Shown here: positions 1 through 6,029 of the stretch, one piece after another
Numbering within the stretch: the first letter of the stretch is position 1
Layout of the letters: every line of letters starts with the position of its first letter
Virus record (IMG/VR): IMGVR_UViG_2974794339_000001
Location: 1 to 11,181 of that record
Source of the DNA: a virus
Taxonomy: Duplodnaviria > Heunggongvirae > Uroviricota > Caudoviricetes > Thumleimavirales > Hafunaviridae
Length of the DNA stretch: 11,181 bases
Direction: 5' to 3' (one strand)
Notes under the pieces: model-generated
The model's input: only the letters and a program-made list of their open reading frames with translations
What the model was told of the DNA's origin: nothing
Database searches by the model: none
Made by a program: the position numbers and the translations under genes

Positions 1-103
1 GCCAATCCCGGCGTTTTCAGGGGGCCGGAGATACCGGATAACGGCCCGTATGGACGGACGGGGAGAGACGGCCCGCGCCGTATCGAGAGACGGACGGGAC
101 GGG

Positions 104-134
104 CCGGAGCGACCGGAGCGACCGGAGCGACCGG
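104..134 (+). repeat. Tandem repeat (CCGGAGCGA)x3 plus CCGG
   Basis: Read directly: CCGGAGCGA at 104, 113 and 122, then CCGG at 131-134. Confidence 0.95.
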
Positions 135-284
135 GACGGGACGGACGGGGGCCGGGGCCGGGACGGACGGGGCGGGGAACCAGCTACGAACAGGCAGGCA
201 GGTACGCGCGTAGGGGCGGCCCACAACGTACATATCCGAGGGTACAAGCCCCCACGACGGGCCGGGACGGGGGCCGGTTAGAAC

Positions 285-298
285 ATTAAGTGTCTTTC
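285..298 (-). promoter_or_regulatory. Putative leftward BRE/TATA promoter pointing into the G-rich end
   Basis: Minus strand reads CGGAAAGACACTTAATG, a purine-rich BRE followed by CTTAAT. The same CTTAAT core occurs upstream of the HalOD1-like gene. Confidence 0.45.
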
Positions 299-322
299 CG
301 CACACGCAGTTTAGTAAGTCCC

Positions 323-364
323 CCTCAGAATTTTCACCTCTGAGGTCAGAAAAATCGGTTTTTC
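323..364 (-). terminator. Putative terminator region of the leftward gene, with inverted repeats
   Basis: Directly after the TGA stop (363-365) the minus strand has a TTTTTCT tract (348-354). Inverted repeats are CCTCAGA/TCTGAGG (323-329/339-345) and GAAAAA-TCGG-TTTTTC (349-364). Confidence 0.45.
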
Positions 365-914
365 AGAGGACTGGTGGGACGATGGTGACGACCTCGGTGA
401 CGGCTTTGGCGAGGGTGAGGCCAGCTCCGACGAGCAGGTGTTCTCCTTTCTCGTGGGAGAACTCATCTGGTTCTTCGAGTTGTGTACGGCCCCCATCTGG
501 ACGGGCCTTGCGTGTGTGTTCGGGGATTTCCAGCGTGGACGGCTCGGGAGTGGTGGAACGCATCGAGTGGGGAGTCTCCATCTCGCCTCGCTCGTGTGCT
601 TGGAGGTCGCCGTAGATTGCGATTTTGCCGCACGAGCAACAGAACACTTTGTAGTCGCCGTAGTGGAAGGCAACTCCGACGTTGTTACAGCCGTGCGTGG
701 TGTCTCGGTTGGGGAGCTGGTCGAGCCAATCCGAGTCGATGGATTCTTCCAGATGAAGGGGAGTCGCAACGGGGTCTACGTCGAGTAGGTCAGCGAGTTC
801 TTGGATTACGGAGACTGAGAGTGAACCCGGCCCTCTCGCGTCGTGCGCTCCCCGGCTTAGCAAATCATGTTCTACATCAACGGCAACATGGTGGCTGTGT
901 ACCGGGTCAGGCAT
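363..914 (-). CDS. HalOD1-like (halobacterial output domain 1) protein, 183 aa, with extra Cys residues and a C-terminal extension
   Basis: SLSVSVIQELADLLDVDPVATPLHLEESIDSDWLDQL...VGVAFHYGDYKVFCCSCGKIAIY follows the HalOD1 pattern (helix, D-P, L-x-x-x-I-D-x-D-x-L-D-x-L, V-x-F-x-Y-x-G/D-Y-x-V, G-x-V/I). The start is placed at ATG 914 rather than 959 because a TATA-like CTTAATA lies about 25-30 nt upstream, consistent with a leaderless mRNA. Confidence 0.75.
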   Translation of the reverse strand: MPDPVHSHHVAVDVEHDLLSRGAHDARGPGSLSVSVIQELADLLDVDPVATPLHLEESIDSDWLDQLPNRDTTHGCNNVGVAFHYGDYKVFCCSCGKIAIYGDLQAHERGEMETPHSMRSTTPEPSTLEIPEHTRKARPDGGRTQLEEPDEFSHEKGEHLLVGAGLTLAKAVTEVVTIVPPVL

Positions 915-937
915 ATCTAAATAGCAATCAAGATGGG

Positions 938-951
938 TATTAAGACTTATC
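938..951 (-). promoter_or_regulatory. Putative promoter of the HalOD1-like gene (BRE plus TATA, leaderless spacing)
   Basis: Minus strand GATAAGT-CTTAATA; the TATA ends about 24 nt upstream of ATG 914. Confidence 0.6.
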
Positions 952-1087
952 GCTCGCACTTCTTCTTAGGATGGTACTCAGACTCATAGATTTTCTGAGG
1001 TTAGATAACAAGTAGGAGATACCGCAGGAATATCTCCCGGTAATGTGTCAGTATTCCCGAGAGGTAGTATTTGAAGACCCCCCATCC

Positions 1088-1104
1088 TATATAAACCCTT
1101 TACC
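1088..1104 (-). promoter_or_regulatory. Strong consensus archaeal promoter, leftward
   Basis: Minus strand GGTAAAGGG-TTTATATA, a purine-rich BRE-like element followed by a canonical TATA box. The + strand reading (TATATAAA) has no upstream BRE. Confidence 0.55.
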
Positions 1105-1322
1105 ATTAATAGGAGTGTAGGAGTGAAGCGACGACGAAGACCTCCTACGGTGGCATCTTCTCTGGATTTCTGAGCTGGTGACTCAGAATCTTCTCTCTGG
1201 TTCTGTTTTCTGTCGGTTTTACTCGGGTCTTTTCACTTTTTCTTCTAACCCGAGTTCTACTCTTTCTAACTTCGGAGTAGAGAAAACGACTCGATGCGGT
1301 GAATCACTTTTAGTAAATCACA

Positions 1323-2099
1323 ATGGCTCAGGCAGAGGTAACAGGCTACACGGTTCAGGAACTCGCTGAACTCAAGTTCGAGTATCAGCAGACGCCGAAA
1401 GCCGAGAAGGGGATTCCCTTCGACACAGCCTACTGCCTTACTCGGATTGGTAAGCAACCCGAGGATTACGATGGGCCAACACGATACTGTTCAAACCGAG
1501 TAGCCCGCCTCGATGATGGTGGGCACGCTCATTCATGCCGATTTCACGGCGCGAACCAAAACGCGAACGGCAACAACGACAATCTCGAACTTCTCGCGGC
1601 AATCAAACACGGAATGTACGCTACTGACGAACACTTAGAGGAGGTTTTCACCGACGACGACCAGCGGCTCTACGACTTCATCATGTCGTGGGCTGACGCA
1701 TACGGCTGGCCGTCCAAGGACGAAGACCCCGCTCGATACGACCTGCTTGAGCAGGCGGCGATTGCGCGTGTTCGCGTAGCCCGGTCGTCCAAATACATCC
1801 TCGACGAGGGTGAGATGGACAGACAGGAAGTGTACGACGAAAACGGGAACCTTCGCGTTATTACGGATGCTCACGGTCTGAGCGAAGACCTCCGCCTCAA
1901 GCAGAAGCTCATTCTCGACATTATGAAGGAGCTTGGGCTGACCCCGAAGGAGGCGTCCAAGATGAACACGGACGAGAAGACCGCGAGCGCGACGGAACAG
2001 CTCGCCGCAGTTGCGGCGGAGGCTGTTCTCGGTGGGGGAGAGGATGGCGAGGAGCCGTCGTTCGACCCCGACGACGACATATTCGATGACGATGGCTGA
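1323..2099 (+). CDS. terS: Terminase small subunit, 258 aa, with an N-terminal CCCH/HGGxSTG-like Zn module
   Basis: C38, C56 and C72-R-F-H75-G followed by N...KHGMY resemble HGGxSTG-type modules found in small terminases. The C-terminal 'ILDIMKELGLTPKEASK' matches the P27-type TerS signature (LGLTP). It is the first gene of the operon, upstream of terL. Confidence 0.8.
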   Translation: MAQAEVTGYTVQELAELKFEYQQTPKAEKGIPFDTAYCLTRIGKQPEDYDGPTRYCSNRVARLDDGGHAHSCRFHGANQNANGNNDNLELLAAIKHGMYATDEHLEEVFTDDDQRLYDFIMSWADAYGWPSKDEDPARYDLLEQAAIARVRVARSSKYILDEGEMDRQEVYDENGNLRVITDAHGLSEDLRLKQKLILDIMKELGLTPKEASKMNTDEKTASATEQLAAVAAEAVLGGGEDGEEPSFDPDDDIFDDDG

Positions 2100-2140
2100 A
2101 CTCGGCGGTTCAGCTCTGCTGGTGAGGCGGTGAATTACCT

Positions 2141-2272
2141 ATGAATTGCTATAATTGCGGATATAACGCTCCTGACGGCGGGAATTGCCCCACTTGTGGT
2201 GTTCTTCTTGGGGCTTTCCGCATCGAGGGGGGAACACGATACAATGGACAAAACGGACAGCTCCGAGTATAG
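2141..2272 (+). CDS. 43-aa zinc-ribbon microprotein with two CxxC motifs (not in the ORF track)
   Basis: Manual translation gives MNCYNCGYNAPDGGNCPTCGVLLGAFRIEGGTRYNGQNGQLRV*. CYNCG and CPTCG are classic knuckles, and an SD-like GGTGA (2129-2133) lies 7 nt upstream. Confidence 0.75.
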   Translation: MNCYNCGYNAPDGGNCPTCGVLLGAFRIEGGTRYNGQNGQLRV

Positions 2273-2351
2273 CGTCTCCGAGGACGGCAAACTCGTCCGA
2301 GAGGAGACTGAGGAAGCGAATTTCGAGGAAAACCTTACTTTCGAGGACTAA
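2244..2351 (+). CDS. 35-aa acidic microprotein (not in the ORF track)
   Basis: MDKTDSSEYSVSEDGKLVREETEEANFEENLTFED*. It has halophilic composition, overlaps the previous ORF, and its stop lies 2 nt before the next ATG (2354). Confidence 0.5.
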   Translation: MDKTDSSEYSVSEDGKLVREETEEANFEENLTFED

Positions 2352-2353
2352 GA

Positions 2354-2548
2354 ATGACTGAACCCTGCGAAAACTGCGACTGTGGCCTTTCTGAGCCGGA
2401 TTTCGAGTACGATACGGTCGAATTTGGCCTTTCGCTCCCCCTCGCGTCGATTCTGGACGGTCATATCCGTGGTTCCACGGACGTTGACCCCGCCGACGTG
2501 GAGAAGGTGGAGATTTGCGGCGATACGGTCACTCTGACGTTTCGGTAG
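2354..2548 (+). CDS. 64-aa hypothetical protein with a CxxCxC motif
   Basis: Acidic ORF in operon orientation, beginning MTEPCENCDCG, tightly packed against its neighbours. Confidence 0.7.
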   Translation: MTEPCENCDCGLSEPDFEYDTVEFGLSLPLASILDGHIRGSTDVDPADVEKVEICGDTVTLTFR

Positions 2549-2585
2549 TCGTTTCACACCCCCTCGATGCGGCGAATATCTCTAA

Positions 2586-2792
2586 ATGAACCCCTACGAG
2601 CCGGTAAAGCGGTCTAAATCCGAACCATACCCCCGAAGTAATACTCCTTCGGACGGCGAAGCCGTCGGATTGGAGTTTGGAACCTCTGGTGTAGAGCCAG
2701 CGAGGTATCTCATCGAGGATTCTCGGAACTGGTATGCGTGGATTGAGGCGCTTGACGGCGATTCATACGTCAATTTAGCCGATATTCGGTGA
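2586..2792 (+). CDS. 68-aa hypothetical protein
   Basis: ORF in operon orientation ending 3 nt before the tRNA. The C-terminus (YLIED...AWIEA...VNLADIR) resembles small haloarchaeal proteins from memory; this is unverified. Confidence 0.65.
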   Translation: MNPYEPVKRSKSEPYPRSNTPSDGEAVGLEFGTSGVEPARYLIEDSRNWYAWIEALDGDSYVNLADIR

Positions 2793-2795
2793 TTT

Positions 2796-2867
2796 AGGGC
2801 CTTAGTGTAGTGGTTATCATCGGGCGTTTGGGACGCCCGGAGGCCGGTTCGATTCCGGCAGGCCCTA
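2796..2867 (+). tRNA. tRNA with anticodon UGG (Pro), 72 nt, no intron, CCA not encoded
   Basis: Acceptor stem AGGGCCT/AGGCCCT (7 bp, perfect), D arm GTGT-AGTGGTTA-TCAT, anticodon stem GGGCG/CGCCC with loop TTTGGGA, T arm GCCGG-TTCGATT-CCGGC, discriminator A. Confidence 0.92.
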
Positions 2868-2875
2868 TCTTTTTT
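2868..2875 (+). terminator. Oligo-T tract after the tRNA (possible archaeal terminator or attenuator)
   Basis: TCTTTTTT lies immediately 3' of the tRNA and 8 nt before the terL start. Confidence 0.45.
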
Positions 2876-2883
2876 ACTGATTT

Positions 2884-4575
2884 ATGGAGGAAATAGCCGA
2901 AAAGTTCGCCTCTGAGAGCGATGCTGACGTTGATGCGTTGCTTGAGAGGTGGAGCGGTCGCCCCGACCTTCTTGCGGAGGATATTCTCCGGGCGAAGAAT
3001 CTGGAGACGGACGAAATTGAGCCGCTGAAGCTCTTTCGACCGTACCAGCCCCGGATTATGCACGCCTACTTCTACGGCGATGCTAAGATTCTGAATATCT
3101 ACAAGGGGCGGCGAATCGGTGTTTCATACGTAATCGGTATCTGTATCCTAATTGAGGCGCTTCTCAAGCCGGATACGTTCTACCCCATCCTCTCGAAGAC
3201 GAAGGGGCAGTCGAACTCGCGGATTAGTGACATTAAGACGCTAATCAAGAACGCGAAAATCGACATTGAGCTGGAGAAGGACAACCAAGACGAGATTGTT
3301 CTCTCGAACGGCTCGCGCATCAAGGCGTACACGGGCGACCCGGACTCCGCTCGCGGTGAAGACCCGCCGAAGACGGTCTTCATTGACGAGATGGCTTTCT
3401 TGGAAGACCAGAGCGCCACCCTCGATGCGTATTTGCCGACGATTTCTCTCGGCTCCAGTCAGATGGTTCAGGTGTCCACTCCGAAGGCCCCGAACGACGA
3501 GTTCATGGAGGCTAACGAGCGTGGGACACCGGACGGTCGTAACGACTTCGGGATTCTCGCGCTGAAACAGCCGACGTTCAAGAACGCCGACGAGATTCAG
3601 ACGGACGTTTCGCTGTTCGAGCAGGACGTGGAACCCGTCCGGGGCGACTTCGACCTGATGGCGGCGGAGACTCAGCGAGCCAGCGACCCTAACGGCTTCG
3701 CACAAGAGTATCTGTGCCGCCCTGTGAGCGACGAGTACCGTTTCTTCTCTATGCCTACCATAGAGGCCGCGATGGAGCGCGGAGGCCAGCAGGACTACTC
3801 CTACGGCCTCAGGCGGTACGAGACTCCCAACACACTCGTCATGGGTGTGGACATTGGGTTCAACTCCGACGACACGGCGATTGTGGTCTTCGAGCATGAA
3901 GGCCCGCGTCGGTATCTCCGCTATCACGAGGTCGTGAACGACCGCGTTCTCGAACAGGCGGGAATCACTCCATCGAGTCGGCAGAACCCGGCGGCGGTGG
4001 CTGAGAGAATCGCTCAGGTCTACAACGGAATGGGCGTTTCAAACGTCGTGATGGACATGACGGGCGTGGGACAGGGGTTCCACGACGAGGTTCGCCGTCG
4101 AATCGGTCGTGGCTACACGGGCTTCAATTTCTCCGCGAAGGACAAGGTGGAGAAGATGATGGGCAACATGAATTACGCCCTTCACAACGACCTCGTGTGG
4201 CTCCCCGAAGACGACTCCCTTCGTGAACAGCTCTGTTCGATTGTCAAACAGCAGAAGGAAGATTGGCAGAAGCCGAAGTTCACCGGGAAGGAACACGCCC
4301 CTGAGGGCAAAGACGACCTCGCTATGGCGACAGTCCTCGGCGCGTTCCCACCGAACTTCAAGTCCGAAAAGTCGCGGAATCTCCAGCAGAGAGAGAACGT
4401 GACCCCTCCAGTTCAGGTGGAACAATCGAGCGACCGGGACGGATGGGCAGGACTGAAGATTTCCGGTCAGTCTTCGAGCGGTCGCGGATATTCTCTCTCC
4501 CACGGGCGGAAGAAGCGCGGGTACGAATCACGAAACAGACGCCGTTCTACCAAGAGACGGCGACGAACGTTCTAA
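2884..4575 (+). CDS. terL: Terminase large subunit, 563 aa
   Basis: Walker A-like KGRRIGVS, Walker B VFIDE, coupling motif QVST, and RNase H-like nuclease acidic motifs LVMGVDIG, VVMDMTGVG and KDDLAMA. It lies directly upstream of the portal gene. Confidence 0.96.
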   Translation: MEEIAEKFASESDADVDALLERWSGRPDLLAEDILRAKNLETDEIEPLKLFRPYQPRIMHAYFYGDAKILNIYKGRRIGVSYVIGICILIEALLKPDTFYPILSKTKGQSNSRISDIKTLIKNAKIDIELEKDNQDEIVLSNGSRIKAYTGDPDSARGEDPPKTVFIDEMAFLEDQSATLDAYLPTISLGSSQMVQVSTPKAPNDEFMEANERGTPDGRNDFGILALKQPTFKNADEIQTDVSLFEQDVEPVRGDFDLMAAETQRASDPNGFAQEYLCRPVSDEYRFFSMPTIEAAMERGGQQDYSYGLRRYETPNTLVMGVDIGFNSDDTAIVVFEHEGPRRYLRYHEVVNDRVLEQAGITPSSRQNPAAVAERIAQVYNGMGVSNVVMDMTGVGQGFHDEVRRRIGRGYTGFNFSAKDKVEKMMGNMNYALHNDLVWLPEDDSLREQLCSIVKQQKEDWQKPKFTGKEHAPEGKDDLAMATVLGAFPPNFKSEKSRNLQQRENVTPPVQVEQSSDRDGWAGLKISGQSSSGRGYSLSHGRKKRGYESRNRRRSTKRRRRTF

Positions 4576-4589
4576 TCTACTCTATTTAA

Positions 4590-6029
4590 ATGACTACTGG
4601 CAATTTTGTTGACCCTCCTAAGGAGGGCGAGCGGATGGACTTCGCCGCCGAGTCTCCGAAGGGCGCTATTAAAGAGCAGGGACAGGGCGGTAGTGGTCGG
4701 TTCTCCGGCCCCCGTTCTTCTGAGGCTCCGAAGGCGGAGATTGAGAAGAATCGGGATATTGTGCGAACCGACCCTCACGTTCACGAGGGTCTTTACACAC
4801 TCATCGACTGGATTTGCGGCGACGGCTTCAATCTCTCTCCGAGCAACGTTCCCGGTACGGGAATCGAGCAGACGGAGGAGGATATTGCGTCGATTGCCCT
4901 CCTACTCCACAACTCCGAGTTTTGGCGCGTGTTCAACCAATGGGTTGAGTACGCGGCTCAGGACGGTCACTCGTTCATGGAGCTGGTCGTTCAGGACGAG
5001 CGGTTCCTTCCGCGCGTTCTCCCGACCGAGCGGATGCACAAGAAGACCGACGAGTACGGCTTCGTAACCAAGTACGCTCTGGAGCCTCCGGGCGGTGGTG
5101 GCCCGGACGACGACGACGCGACGATTTACGAGCCGCACGAGGTCGCGGAGTTGTGGTTCACGAAAGACCCCACCGACGATTTCGGTCGGTCGTTCGTTGA
5201 GCCGATTCAGGAACAGGCGGATATGCTCCGCGATATGGAGTTTGACTACGCCCGTTTCGTTGCGACGAAAGCGTACCCGCCGATTCTCTGGAAGCTCGGA
5301 ACCGACGAAGAACAATGGTCGGAAGACCAGATTGGCGGTTGGCTGGACACCGTTGAGCAAATCGAGCCGGACTCGATGCTCGCGGCTCCCCACGACGTTG
5401 ACTACGACGTAGTTGGCGTGACTTCTACTTCATCGAGTGCGGGTGCGATGAAGCTGGAAGGCACGTTCGAGCATCTTCAGAACCGCATTGTCACGGGCCT
5501 CGGGATTCCGGCGCTCCTGATGAACATGGACGGTTCGACGGGCGAAGCAACCGCCTCGATGCCTGCGTTCAAGCGGCGTATCAAGCGGCTTCAAAACATC
5601 GTCAAGTCGGCTGTTGAGAATCAGATTCTCAAGTCGCTGATGGTGGAGTCCTCGCTGGACGAGTTTGACGGCGTGGTTCCCGAGTTTGAGTTCGGGGAAC
5701 ACTCGTCGGCTGAGAAGCGGCTTGAGATTGATAAGCTCATCAAGCTCTACCAGTCCGGGTTCCTCACTCGTAAGGCGTTCGCTGAGCGGGCAGGCATCGA
5801 CCCCGAGGTTGAGCTTCCGTCGCCTGACGAGCTTTCGAGTGAGATTATTCCTCTGATTACGGAACTCGCCGGGCGTGGCGACAGGGTACAGAACCCTGAT
5901 GGTGGGCGTCCGACTGACACCGGGACTGGTGTAGAGTCGGCGGGTGGGGAGGTCAAGTCCCGAGAGTCGGGGCGTGATAGCTCTAACGAGCGGAATAGAC
6001 AGTCCATCACGGAGGATGAAAACGCCTAA
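4590..6029 (+). CDS. Portal protein, 479 aa
   Basis: Size and position after terL. Portal-like segments include 'FGRSFVEPI...DMLRDME' and 'EHLQNRIVTGLGIPALLM...IKRLQNIVKSAVENQILKSL'. The C-terminal tail is disordered and acidic. Confidence 0.9.
   Translation: MTTGNFVDPPKEGERMDFAAESPKGAIKEQGQGGSGRFSGPRSSEAPKAEIEKNRDIVRTDPHVHEGLYTLIDWICGDGFNLSPSNVPGTGIEQTEEDIASIALLLHNSEFWRVFNQWVEYAAQDGHSFMELVVQDERFLPRVLPTERMHKKTDEYGFVTKYALEPPGGGGPDDDDATIYEPHEVAELWFTKDPTDDFGRSFVEPIQEQADMLRDMEFDYARFVATKAYPPILWKLGTDEEQWSEDQIGGWLDTVEQIEPDSMLAAPHDVDYDVVGVTSTSSSAGAMKLEGTFEHLQNRIVTGLGIPALLMNMDGSTGEATASMPAFKRRIKRLQNIVKSAVENQILKSLMVESSLDEFDGVVPEFEFGEHSSAEKRLEIDKLIKLYQSGFLTRKAFAERAGIDPEVELPSPDELSSEIIPLITELAGRGDRVQNPDGGRPTDTGTGVESAGGEVKSRESGRDSSNERNRQSITEDENA

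Larger units (their letters stand above)
1..300 (+). repeat. G-rich low-complexity region of short repeats; candidate terminal (direct) repeat or genome end
   Basis: GGACGGACGGGG x3 (52-63, 139-150, 161-172), GGACGGGGGCCGG x2 (143-155, 265-277), GACGGGCCGG x2 (98-107, 256-265), GAGAGACGG x2 (63-71, 85-93). There is no T on the + strand from 84 to 184 and no convincing ORF. Terminal-repeat status is inferred; the second copy is not in the window. Confidence 0.7.

Noticed and set aside
52-277. Repeats considered as a possible CRISPR array
   Set aside because: The units are 9-13 bp, irregularly spaced, with no unique ~35-bp spacers and no cas genes.
17-289. ORFs 50..289 (+) and 17..247 (-) in the G-rich end
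   Set aside because: They are translations of the nucleotide repeats (PERPERPER, RSLRSLRSL), are Arg/Pro/Gly-rich rather than acidic, and show no halophilic codon pattern.
311-943. Alternative ORFs 311..769 (-), 382..615, 438..788 and 482..943 (+)
   Set aside because: They overlap the HalOD1-like frame, have non-acidic Ser/Arg-rich composition and show no recognisable motifs.
915-959. Longer start (959) for the HalOD1-like ORF given in the track
   Set aside because: The extension overlaps the predicted TATA/BRE at 938-951. ATG 914 fits leaderless spacing better.
1178-1369. 63-aa ORF upstream of terS
   Set aside because: It is a Phe/Ser-rich translation of a pyrimidine-rich structured spacer, has a GTG start and overlaps terS out of frame.
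2796-2867. tRNA as an attP/attL integration site
   Set aside because: The tRNA is full length and flanked by viral genes on both sides, with no integrase or duplicated 3' tRNA fragment in the window. This cannot be excluded for the whole genome.
2884-4575. Intein, intron or homing endonuclease in terL or other core genes
   Set aside because: Lengths are normal and motifs are contiguous; no C/S...HN-C/S/T splice junctions or LAGLIDADG/HNH motifs were seen.
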